Shown one piece after another: positions 39,500-57,447 of a stretch of DNA of 57,447 nucleotides. This stretch comes from Eledone cirrhosa. Its lineage: Eukaryota. The stretch lies in contig CAXHJY010001083.1 of the NCBI GenBank assembly GCA_964016885.1, positions 1-57,447 on the forward strand. Direction: 5' to 3'. Position 1 is the stretch's first letter, and the number at the start of each line of letters is the position of its first letter. A program made the position numbers and the translations under genes. The notes under the pieces were generated by a model. That model saw only the letters and a list, made by a program, of their open reading frames with translations. It was not told the origin of the DNA and ran no database searches.

Positions 39500-39765
39500 G
39501 GGCGATGAATTAGTTTTGCGAGGTTTTTTATATGAAATCGTGTGTCGAAACAGATATTGTTATATTTGGGGAGGGTCATATTTGCGTAATATTGCCAGAA
39601 TTAATAACAGAACACACTCACTGTTTGGTTGGTTTTCGCTTCTCGCTGTCTTTCATATATATATATCTGCGATCTAACTTACTCGGTCCTCAATGTTGCC
39701 ATTGACTGACCGGCGGTCAAAAATAATACAGATACAATATAGACAAACACATATATATATAGTTT

Positions 39766-39814
39766 ACATAATTTACATAAATCTTTCGTTGCACATCTGC
39801 AACATCGTCAGTGT
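39766..39814 (-). ncRNA. Hammerhead ribozyme, family H (slightly degenerate)
   Basis: Minus strand reads ACA-CTGACGA-tGTTGCA gatg TGCAAC-GAAA-GATTTA tg TAAATT-A-TGT. The stem III register is imperfect. Confidence 0.65.
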
Positions 39815-40069
39815 TCCTCCTGTTGTGTTGTATGTCTACGCCATTTTTTTGTGTTCAGTCTGTCTATATATTTATTTATTTATTTGCTTGTTTGTTTATC
39901 TTATTTTATTTTGTCTTCTTTGCGCATGCGTTTGCGTGTGTGTATAGTGTTATGTGTGATGTGTGACTAGTGTGTATAGTGTTGTGTCTGCTGGGTGACT
40001 AGTGTGTGTTTATGTGCTTGTGTATGTATTTATTTATCTTATTTTATTTAATTTAATTTACTTATTTAT

Positions 40070-40506
40070 TTATACTTCTCTTAGGTCAGTGTTGTTTGTT
40101 TGGGTGTTGTTGTTGTTCCACTCATTCTTTCTGTTTAGCTTTGGTCTTCTAATTTCTATTTCACTGGCCTCTCTGATTTGCCTATCTGCTGGGTCATTCC
40201 TATGTTTAGATATTATTCTAATTTCTATGTTGTCTATGTTACCGTCATGTTTTTGTCTAGCATTTTCGTATAGTACTGACCCGTTTTTTCGTCCTTTTAG
40301 TTCCCCCCAGTGTTGGTCTATCCTTTCACCTATGCTACGAGCTGTCTCACCTATGTATGTTGTTGTCGTGTTTCTGCAAGTACCCTCTGTACATCTTATG
40401 CTATAGACTACGTTTCTAGTTTTACAGTTTATCCGGGGGTTCACCTTACATATGATACATTTCCTATTGGTACAGTGGGTTTTCTTAAAAGGGTAGGTTT
40501 TGCTGA
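40070..40506 (-). pseudogene. PLE GIY-YIG endonuclease remnant with CxxC linker and CCHH-type residues
   Basis: CTNRKCIICK..CKTRNVVYSIRCTEGTC..YIGETARSIGERIDQH..RQIREA..PKLN. Confidence 0.88.
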
Positions 40507-40805
40507 TCAACACTGGGGGGAACTAAAAGGACGAAAAAACGGGTCAGTACTATACGAACATGCTAGACAACAACATGACGGTAACATAGACAACATAGAA
40601 ATTAGAATAATATCTAAACATAGGAATGACCCAGCAGATAGGCAAATCAGAGAGGCCAGTGAAATAGAAATTAGAAGACCAAAGCTAAACAGAAAGAATG
40701 AGTGGAACAACAACAACACCCAAACAAACAACACTGACCTAAGAGAAGTATAAATAAATAAGTAAATTAAATTAAATAAAATAAGATAAATAAATACATT
40801 CACAA

Positions 40806-42421
40806 GCGTGTCTCACAAAAGAAATGTAAAAATAATTATGCTTATATAAACGCGCGCACTTACACTTCCATACGTTCGATACGTACATACACACACACAC
40901 ACATACCTATACTCACGCATATAAACCTATTTACATGCCCACGTATGAAGTAAGTAAAAAAAGGGAGGGGGGGAGAAGAAAAAATGAACAAAACATAAAA
41001 CCGAGATCTCAAAAACACGGATATAAAGACACGTACACATACGCATAATATATATATACACACAAACAAACACCTGTACACACACACACATATACACATA
41101 CACACACACACATACATACACACACATACACACACGCACGCGCGCGCACATACGTAGTCACTCATGTACATATATAAAAAGTATACACACATTAAGGCAT
41201 TCAGCCATATTGAAATGTGGATAAATAAGTACAAATATAAAATTGTAAGATAGGCTGCGCAAAAATAAAATAAAAATGAAAATATCTGGATTGAAAAACA
41301 CAAAAGACAAGTGTAATCAGTTAGTGGAGGAAAAAGGGAAGTAAAAGAAGGGGAAGTAAAAAATAGAAAATAGGAAGTGGATCGGAGAATAAAGGGGGGG
41401 GGGGAATGTGAAGTAAAAATAAATAAAAGTGAAAATAAATGAAATTATTGACAAGGATAAAAATGAAAGTAAGTCAGAAAGGGTAATTAAAAAGAGAATA
41501 ATAAGAGTTTATGGAGGATAAGTATCTGAAAGTGTGTTAAGTTTATATGAGCTGGGAAGCAGGTGTGATTTCATGTGTGGGCAACTGGTGAAAATTTCCG
41601 TCTTTGTGTTCAGGCAGGTCTTTGGAGGGCTTTATTATAGTAGGGGGATTCCTTATTAAAAATAGCTTCTGAGGAAGAGAGGGTGGAGATCCTACGGCTA
41701 ATATTAGGGATAAGGTTTTTAAAAACTATAGGTGGATGGCAAGATCCTTTATTTATATATTTTAAGTTTTCATTAGGTTTATGGTATGGTTTATGAGAAG
41801 CAGTAGGCAAATCTAGGTTTATATCTAGGAAATCTACGTTGGAAAGGTTAGTGTCAATAGTAATTTTAAGATTAAAACTAGCGAAGGTTTTTATTAAGTC
41901 TTTCCTTAATCTATCTAAGTTATGGCCTATGGTGGTATGGGAAAGTATTAGACCATCATCGCGATAAAGCCCAAAAATATGGTTAGGACATTTTTCTTTA
42001 AGTGTATGTAAGAGGAATAGGCCGACCAGATCACAAACCTCGGCACTGTCATAAGAGCCCATTGAGACATCGAATGGGTTCTCTGGGTTAGATATTTTTA
42101 TCCAAGTGTCATTATCATTAAAAAGTAGAGTATGCAAGATGACATCTTCTTCAATATCAGAGATATTAGTGGACCCTCTAGCGAAATTTAAAGCTTTCAC
42201 TAAAAGGGTCTGAGTAATAGATGGGTAGAAATCTACGATGTCAAATTGGGTGAATCTAGAACTGATTTTGTTTTTAATATTATGAAACCAATGTACTACG
42301 GAAGAGCTATTTATCCATTGGAGTAATTTAGACTTACTTCTAATGTGTGTATTTAATTTATTTAAAATTTTTTACTTACATAGAGCACTCTTCATTTCTA
42401 TTTCAACGGAAATATCAATAT
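40806..42421 (-). mobile_element. PLE family E copy with RT, internal deletion and short inverted tail (42374-42421)
   Basis: RT ORF 41610..42200 (FDVSMGSYDSAEVCDLVG, LYRDDG, DFLDINLDL) is joined directly to the 3' region matching 37390-38233. Confidence 0.85.
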
Positions 42422-42433
42422 TTATATATATAT

Positions 42434-42467
<34 letters not shown>

Positions 42468-42486
42468 ATATATATATATATATAAT

Positions 42487-42537
<51 letters not shown>

Positions 42538-42538
42538 T

Positions 42539-42570
<32 letters not shown>

Positions 42571-42578
42571 ATATATAT

Positions 42579-42732
<154 letters not shown>

Positions 42733-42747
42733 ATATATATATATATG

Positions 42748-42779
<32 letters not shown>

Positions 42780-42780
42780 A

Positions 42781-43041
42781 GGAGGATTTTATAGTTCATT
42801 TGAAGCATTGTGTAATGAGGTATAAACGTTTGAATATGTGTAATAAGGCCAAAACAATGCAGGTATGGGGATAGAAAAAAGAATGCAATAGTAAAAGATA
42901 TTGTTGAGAATTCGTCTTTCACCTTGAATTTATAAATTCAAGGTGAAAGACGAATTCTCAACAATATCTTTTACTATTGCATTCTTTTTTCTATCCCCAT
43001 ACCTGCATTGTTTTGGCCTTATTACACATATTCAAACGTTT
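42781..43041. mobile_element. Fold-back of family G 3' ends
   Basis: Near-perfect hairpin centred on ~42931. Confidence 0.8.
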
Positions 43042-43043
43042 AT

Positions 43044-43194
<151 letters not shown>

Positions 43195-43225
43195 ATATAT
43201 ATATATATATAATATATATATATAA

Positions 43226-45716
43226 TCTTTCACTCTTTTACCTGTTTCAGCCACCCGGCTGAGGCCATGCTGGGGCACCGCCCTTGTTGCTACACATTTT
43301 ATCTCCAGCCACTGGTTGGAGGAGGGAGTTTGTTGCTGCTGCCCTTAGGTTTCCCTCGTGTCTTGCTGTGGGCTCATCCGGGATCCTGGATAACAAGGTG
43401 TCGAGATGTTTCTTAAAGACATCCACCTCCACGTCATGCAAATCTCGCAGATGCCTCGGTAGCCTGTTGAAGAGTTGAGGGCCCTTGAATCCCAGGCTAT
43501 TGCAATACCTGCTCCTTATTCTAGATGTGGAAGACGGGACCTTTGGCACCACACAGTGACGTCCTGTTCGACGGTTGGTCCATCTCCCAATGCCAAAGTT
43601 TGGTGCTAGTCCCTCCAGGATTTTCCACATGTAGATCACTGCGTATCTCTCCCGTCTTCGCTCCAAGGAGTAGAGGTTCAGTTCCCTCAGCCTCTCCCAG
43701 TAGCTTGTCTCCCTCATCCTGGCAATCCTCTTGGTGTAGCTTCGCTGGATTGCCTAAAGCTCCGTGGTTAGTTTGACACTATGGGGTGACCACAGCTGGG
43801 AGCAGTAGTCCAGGCGGCTTAGGACAAAAGTCCTCCACAGTGTCAACATGGTGTCTCGATATCTTGTAAGGAAAGTCCTCAAGATCCAGCCAGCGAATCG
43901 TCTACATGTTGTCGCCACCTTCATGATGTGTGAAGAAAAAGATGCATCATCGCTCATGTCTATGCCCAGGTCTCGTATCGATTTTGACACGGGGATATCG
44001 GTCCCTCCTGGTCCTGTGTAGCTGTGTTCCGATATATTTGTGTTTGTGTTTGCAGGTTTGTATTGTAGGGCTTGGAATTTGCCAGCATTAAACTGCATGT
44101 TGTTTTCTTCCGCCCATCTGTATATGGCATCCAGATCCTGCTGTAAGAGGGCAGCGTCAGCCGGGTTTTTGATTGCCTGTGCTACCTTAGTGTCATCAGC
44201 ATAGCTAGTGAGGGATGTTGTTGCATGCACCACAGAGGGCATGTCCGACAGAGCCACCAAAAACAGTAGTGGTCCCAGGACTGTCCCCTGAGGCACCCCA
44301 CTTGTTATCAGTGTTTCCCTCGAGAGGGCTCCATTTGCTGCGACTGCCTGGCTTCTGTCCCTTAGGAAGCCATGCAGCCACTCACCTACTTTTCCAGTTA
44401 TGCCGAGTCCGTGTAGTTTGTGACATATCATTCCGTGGTCGACCTTGTCAAAGGCCTTCGCAAAGTCAAGATATATCACGTCTACATGTGAGCTGTCTAG
44501 TAGTTGTCTCAGTACCCAGTCGTAGTGATGTAGCAGCTGTGTAAGGCAGCTTCTTCCTGGGCGGAAGCCATGTTGCGTGCTAGTCAGGCGGTCATTTTCT
44601 TCGAGGAAAGTGATTAGTTTCTTTCTGACGACTCGCTCCATGACCTTACTGATATGCCACGTCAGGGAGACTGGCCTATAGTTCTTGGCCTCCGCTCTAC
44701 TACCTCCTGTATGGATAGGGCATATTGTGCCTTCTTTCAGCTCCCTGAGTAGTACACCGCTAGCCAAGGAGCTTCTGAAGAGCATCTTCAGTGGAGTTGC
44801 TAAGGCCCGCTTACATATTTTTAGGAGAACTGCTGGGAATCCATCAGGTCCAGCGCCGAGTCTGTTCTAATTTCATCAATGGCGTACACCACATCCTCCT
44901 CCGTTATGTCTATGTGGTTGATGGTTGCCATTTCTTGATGTAGTGTTGTGGCATCAAAGAACTCCTCTGGCTTCGTTATTTGCATGTGCCTCAGTGGACA
45001 GGTGAAGACACTTTTGTACTGTTCGTTCAGTATTTCACATATCTCTTGAGGATTTTCGGTTAATGAACCGTCCGTGTGGAAGAGTGGTCCAATCTTGCAG
45101 TGTACTGAGGCAGTTTCTTTTGCAAATTTAAAGAAGGCCTTAGGGTTTGTTTTAATGTTTTCTATGGCCCTGTTCTCTTTCCTTGCCCTCTCATTCTCAT
45201 GTGAAAGCTTGAGTGCAATCTCGGTGTCAAGTAGTGCACGTTTCAAATAGGATTCCTTCTTGTTTTGGTTTTGTTGACTATTCAACTGGTTTGAGAGTTT
45301 AGTTCTACGTCTCATAAGGATTTTCCTATCTCTGTGAATAAGATTTTTGTGTCTGTTTGCCTCTTTCTCCGGGACACACTTTTTGCATATGGTGTGTATC
45401 GTTGTCATGAAGTGTTGAAATTGTGTGTTGTGTGGCGATGTTTGCACTCCATGTTTGCTTCCGGATTTCACTCTTAATCTTCTTCCAGTCAGCCCCGTAG
45501 AAGTTAAGGCTGGATAGCGTCCCGGAGCTTCTTGGTGGTTTTGTCTCTGTTGGTTCTCTTGGACCACATATCATTAGCTCCACCAAGTTATGATCCGAGA
45601 GAATTGTTGGTGTCACCTTTACATTGTGGATGAGCACTTCGTTGTTTGTAAAACAGAGGTCCAGGACATATTCGCCTCTTGTTGGGAGGAGTATTGCTTG
45701 CTCCATGAACAGCCTA
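43226..45716 (-). mobile_element. 5'-truncated CR1/L2-group LINE, frameshifted
   Basis: PTRGEYVLDL..SDH (APE end), NYRPVSLT, QHGFR, YLDFAKAFDKV, SGVPQGTVLGP, YADD, LDYCSQLWSP, LERRRERY. Confidence 0.9.
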
Positions 45717-49536
<3,820 letters not shown>

Positions 49537-49712
49537 TTGTTTCTACTTTTGGCACAAGGCCAGCAATTACTGGTACTTTATTTTATCGACCCCATAAGGA
49601 TGAAAGGCAAAGTTAACCTCGGCGGGATTTGAACTCAGAATGGCAAGGGCCGTAACTCTATGCGTCAAAGCATGGCGTCCGACCCTCTACCGATACTGCC
49701 AATCCACTGGCC
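49537..49712 (-). mobile_element. tRNA-derived SINE (Meta-domain type)
   Basis: Minus strand: A box TGGCAGTATCGG, B box GAGTTCAAATCCC, body GCCTTTCATCCTT..GGGGTCGATAAAATAAAGTACCAG. Domain recognised from memory. Confidence 0.78.
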
Positions 49713-49853
49713 ATATACATATATATACATATATATATAATATGGCCATATACATATATATATAATATATATAATATAATATATATATAATATATATAAT
49801 ATATATATATACACTGGCCATATACATATATATATAATATATATAATATATAT

Positions 49854-49924
<71 letters not shown>

Positions 49925-49933
49925 TATATATAA

Positions 49934-49991
<58 letters not shown>

Positions 49992-50038
49992 ATATATATA
50001 ATATATATATATACACTGGCCATATACATATATATATA

Positions 50039-51952
<1,914 letters not shown>

Positions 51953-51981
51953 ATATATATAATATATATATATTTATATAT

Positions 51982-52150
<169 letters not shown>

Positions 52151-52173
52151 TAATATATAATATATATATAATA

Positions 52174-53593
52174 TACTATTTATTATTGCCCTTCAGGCTA
52201 TAACAGAGGAGTTCAAGACCGGCTGCCCATGGGAACTCCTATACGCAGATGATCTAACGCTCATAGCTGAATCAATGACCGAACTAGAGAAGAATTTCCA
52301 AACATGGAAGCACGGCCTAGAATCAAAAGGCCTTAAAATTAACCTGGCTAAGACTAAAGTTCTAGTTTGTAGGAAAGAAAATAAGGCGGCGGTCCCATCT
52401 GAGAAATGGCCATGCTCAGTGTGTAGGAAAGGCGTAGGTAGAAACTCCATTTTAAGTCCCAAATGCAAAGTATGGGTGCATAAAAGATGTAGTGGGATCA
52501 CAGGTAAGCTAACTAAGAACATAGATTTTACATGTGGCCGGTGCTCTGGTGCAATAAGTAGCAGCAAGTGCCCACAAAATACTAGCTCCTTCAACTGCGC
52601 AGAGGGTTGTATAGAAATAGTGGACAGCTTCCGTTACCTGGGTGACAAAATCAGCAGTGGGGGAGGGTGCTCTGAAAGTACAGTAGCTAGAGTCAGAACT
52701 GGATGGAAAAAGTTCAGAGAGCTTATACCACTATTAGCCGCTAGAGGGTTCTCCCTAAAAATGAAAGGCAGGTTATACGATGCCTGCATACGAACAGCAA
52801 TGCTGCATGGCAGTGAGACCTGGGCATTGTGTGCAGAGGATATACGCAGACTAGCGAGGAACGAAGCTTGCATGCTCCTCTGGATGTGCAATAGTAATAT
52901 ACGTGAACGGCAAAGCATAAACGAACTAAGGAAAAAATTAGAAATAAGAGGGATCAGATGTTTACTCGAGAGAAGGCTACGTTGGTACGGTCACGTGATG
53001 CGCATGAAAGACGACAGCTGTATAACAAAGTGCAGGGCAATAAAGATAGACGGTAGCCACGGAGTAGGCAGACCCAGAAAAACATGGGACGAGCTGATAA
53101 ATTCCGACCTCACACGCTTACACCTCTCCAAGACAATGTCACTGGACCGAGACCTTTGGCGGTACTCAGTAATAGAGAAGACCCGCCTTACCTAAATACA
53201 AAGTAAAAACCTACTACAGTCAGTAGGCATCTCTATCAAAACACACCCCCGTCCCACCACCTCCACCCCATCCACACCGCCCCTTTCAATGTAAAGTTAT
53301 GTTGGTCCCACAACATCCAGGCCGAAACAAATGAGATCGTGTATGTGTCACGACAAAAAAACACACAGTCCACGCTGTAAATGTGGCCGTGTAGGCAACA
53401 CGGTAAAAACGTCCCAGCCCCACACTGTAAATGTGGTTGGTGTTAGGAAGGGCATCCAACTGTAGAAAACCCGCCAGACAGTCCTATGCGATCAAGACAA
53501 CCACTCTTGCCCCAAGTGGGAAAACCCCCGTCCAAACCCATGCAAGCGTGGAACACGGACGCTAAACCTGATGATGATGATGATGATGATGAT
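52174..53593 (+). mobile_element. RTE-type LINE with PHD-like finger, copy 2
   Basis: Near-identical to 50293-51820; ORF 52275..53195. Confidence 0.9.
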
Positions 53594-53598
53594 ATATA

Positions 53599-53710
<112 letters not shown>

Positions 53711-53721
53711 ATCTATCCATG

Positions 53722-55029
53722 TAAGGCGGGTAAAATTCCCGAGATCCATGGACGAGTTCTCTCCAGCGGTCTCTGTCCCTCATTATCGCTGCCATATCCT
53801 GCATCTCCAACAGACCAGTGTCTGTCCTTAGGGCATCAACATATGTTAACCTTGGTCTTCCTCTTCTAGTGTGTCCATGTAGGGGCTCCAAAAGGACCAC
53901 TGAGTGCAATGTCAACTCCGGATGTCGGTGAGCATGTCCAGCCAATCTCAGTCTCCTCTGTGTCACTTTTGAGCTGACTTTTGGGATGCTCCCATACAGC
54001 TCTGAGATTTTCATCCTCAGTGTATACTGATTAATGTTCAGAGCCATCCTCAGCATTCTCGTGTAGCACCCATCCACCATCTGAGTGAGTTTCTTGGTCA
54101 GTGTCCAAGTCTCAGACCCATACAGCAGCACAGACTCCACTACAGCAATGAAGAGGCGGACTTTCAGGTCTCTACGAAGGTCCGACTTCCACACCGATCT
54201 CAAGCTGTGGCACGCCGCCCAGGCCTTGCTCTTCCTCTCAACCACATCATCCTCCGTATTCCCAATCTTTGCTCCCAAATACAGGAAGTCCTCAACCAAT
54301 TCCAGCGGCTTCCCGCCTACATTAGTGATCCCCTCTGGCTTCTCAACATTCTCTACCAGATATTTTGTTTTAGTCTCATTCATTCTCAGCCCCACACTCA
54401 TCGACACAGTCTCAACCTCCCGCATCAAATCCTCTGCCTCCTTCACTGTATTTGTCACCAAACTATGTCGTCGGCAAATTCAGCATCCGATACCTTTTTC
54501 GCCCCAACTCTCCTGCTCTGAGCCGGTGCTACAGTAACGTCAGAGTCCTGGTGTTTCTCCAGTGCAAGGCGCATACAATAGTCCACTACGATGATAAAAA
54601 GGTAGGGAGCCAATGTATCTCCCTGGAGCACTCCAGCCAGTATCTCAAAGAACTCTGTCATCCCATCAGGTGTAATGACTTGGGCTTTGGTGTTGGTGTA
54701 GAGCAGTGATATCAGGTCCACTATCCTCTTGGGGATTCCATAAGCCTGTAAGATCTTCATCAGGCAGTAACGGTCCACAGAATCAAAGGCCTTCCTAAAG
54801 TCAATGAAATCCATGACCGCAGGAAGGCACTTTGCTCTAGCTCCCTCTAATATCCTCCTCAGCATCAGGATGTGACTGGTGGTTGATCTACCCTCTCTGA
54901 AGCCGTTCTGGTTGTCCCTGAGCTTCTTCTCCATCTCAGGCTGGATCCTGTTAAGAATCATCCTGTTGAGGGTCTTTGCCACAAGTGGTCTGTTGGAGAT
55001 GCAGGATATGGCAGCGATAATGAGGGACA
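53722..55029 (-). mobile_element. 5'-truncated copy of the 7843-11150 RTE with a 44-bp inverted arm (54986-55029)
   Basis: Matches the reverse complement of 9884-11151; the arm duplicates 53774-53817 in inverted orientation. Confidence 0.9.
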
Positions 55030-55035
55030 TATATA

Positions 55036-55098
<63 letters not shown>

Positions 55099-55134
55099 TA
55101 TATATATATATATATTATATATTATATATATATA

Positions 55135-55175
<41 letters not shown>

Positions 55176-55243
55176 TATATATATATATATATATTATATA
55201 TATATATATTATATATATATATATATTATATATATATATATAT

Positions 55244-55275
<32 letters not shown>

Positions 55276-55294
55276 ATATATATTATATATATAT

Positions 55295-55377
<83 letters not shown>

Positions 55378-55378
55378 T

Positions 55379-55460
<82 letters not shown>

Positions 55461-55479
55461 ATATATATTATATATATAT

Positions 55480-55524
<45 letters not shown>

Positions 55525-55528
55525 TATA

Positions 55529-55606
<78 letters not shown>

Positions 55607-55607
55607 A

Positions 55608-55699
<92 letters not shown>

Positions 55700-55708
55700 T
55701 TATACATA

Positions 55709-55778
<70 letters not shown>

Positions 55779-55809
55779 TATATATATAATATATATATAT
55801 ATATATAAT

Positions 55810-55887
<78 letters not shown>

Positions 55888-55955
55888 ACATATATATATA
55901 TATATATGTACATATATATATATATATATATATGTACATATATATATATATATAT

Positions 55956-57447
55956 GTACATAACTTTGAAATGTTTTGGCCAGTATTGGCCCAGGCCATG
56001 TCTAACTTAGTAGCACGACCTGGCGAAGTCTTTCAATTCAGGATTTGGGCACCATGGCCCATTCGAGAAGAGAATTACTGTTTGCGGAGACATATCCGGG
56101 TGTGGGTGGTTTGTCCGGGATTACTTGGAGGAATTTGTCCAAAGACTTCTTGAATTTTGAGTGGTCAGTTTCTGTTTTGACGTGTCCTGGTGTGATGTTG
56201 AAGAGAGCAGGGCCGATTGAGGTGAAATAATTGTGCCGTATTGTTGTTATGAGTTGCGATTTAGATTTTTGAATGGGACGGATAGCACGGGGCCCAAGCC
56301 TTGGGTGTATCTTGAAGGCGATGTCAACATCATTTGGGCAGTGATGATGGAACATTTTCCACATCATGCAGATAATATAACGCTCACGGCGACGTTGGAG
56401 TGAGTAAAGTTTCAGGTTTTCCAATCGACCCCAGTAGTCAAGGTCTGACATGCCATCTATCTTTTTCGTGATTGCCCTTTGAGGAGCTTCAAGTTTCATG
56501 ATACTTTGTTTCGTGTGGGGAGACCACAGTGGACAACAGTATTCAAGGTGTGGTCGGGCGAAAGAAGAGAAGGATAATGGTGCGGGAATCTCTCGACTGG
56601 AAGGTTCTGAGGATCCAGGAACACATTCTGCGGGCCATGTCAACTTTGCTGCTTATATGCGTGGTCCAGCTTATGTTGCTGTCCACGGTTACTCCCAAGT
56701 CTCTGATGTTGTTAGATGCCACGAGAGTTTCCCCGGAGGGAAGGGAGTACGGGAGTTTCAGAGCATCCTCTTTTCCAAAGTGGATCAGTTCGAATTTGTC
56801 CTCGTTCAGTAACATGTTGTTCTTTTCTGCCCATTGGGTAACAGCCAGTAGGTCTGACTGAAGGCTTATCCGGTCATCCACGCCATTGATGACCTTTTGG
56901 AGCTTGGAATCATCAGCGAAAATTTTAATGTTGCTGTGTTTGATGATGTCAGTGATGTCATTAATATAGATGATGAAGAGAAGTGGGCCCAACACAGTGC
57001 CTTGTGGGACTCCACTACTGACTTTGGCTGGGCTTGATTTGACTCCCTCAACTACAACATGTTGGGTTCTGTTTGACAGGAAGCTCTTGATCCACTGCAG
57101 CAGCTTTCCAGTGACACCAATATTGGACAGCTTTCTCAGTAGAATGTTATGATCAACCCTGTCAAAGGCCTTGCTGAAATCAAGGTAGATAACATCAGTG
57201 TTGGAACCCTCTCCCAAGGCTCTCAAAATGTCATCAAAGTGATGCAGTAGTTGCGTCAGGCAATCCCTTCCATTACGGAATCCATGCTGGTTGGAGTTCA
57301 GCATATTGTTACTCTCAAGGAAGTGGGTCATTCGCGATCTCACCACTCGCTCAAATACCTTAATGATATGAGAGGTGAGTGAGATTGGACGGTAATTCAC
57401 GGCAAGGGATTTGTTTCCCTTTTTGAAAACTGGGACAACAGACTGGG
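55956..57447 (-). mobile_element. CR1/L2-group LINE, second family, running off the right edge
   Basis: NYRPISLTS, QHGFR, YLDFSKAFDRV, SGVPQGTVLGP, FADD, LEYCCPLWSP, LQRRRERY; frameshift near 56560. Confidence 0.9.

Larger units (their letters stand above)
39760..40800 (-). mobile_element. PLE family H 3' end with inverted arm 40507-40800
   Basis: GIY-YIG ORF on minus; 40508-40798 is the reverse complement of 40025-40315. Confidence 0.88.

Noticed and set aside
39497-39570. GCGATGA..GAAACAGATATTGTT in family F
   Set aside because: It may be a truncated HHR 3' half, but no intact core or stem I is present in any copy here.
40310-40753. 147-aa plus-strand ORF as a separate gene
   Set aside because: It is a chimera of antisense sequence and the inverted arm of the PLE endonuclease.

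Overview
Eukaryotic, gene-free repeat graveyard. The SINE types suggest a mollusc, probably an octopod, but this is inference. Roughly a quarter of the window is interrupted (TA)n microsatellite, and almost every non-TA block is a retroelement inserted into it. These include at least five Penelope-like element (PLE) families (RT and/or GIY-YIG remnants), a near-full-length frameshifted RTE LINE plus a truncated copy, two copies of an RTE-type LINE with a PHD-like finger inside the RT region, two CR1/L2-like LINEs, tRNA-derived SINEs and one non-autonomous Helitron. By eye I find about ten distinct type I hammerhead ribozyme (HHR) families, three with a compensatory U3-A8 core. The main finding is a 7.5-copy, apparently identical 615-bp tandem array (21382-25990) with seven complete U3-A8 HHRs, one per unit. 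It looks like a rolling-circle reverse-transcribed, retrozyme-like circular RNA. A second HHR-bearing ~512-bp dimer lies at 31293-32283. Most insertions are 'tail-out' fold-backs with both 3' ends pointing into (TA)n. All YI/IY-rich ORFs in the track are microsatellite artefacts. Coordinates were counted by hand and may be off by a few bases.
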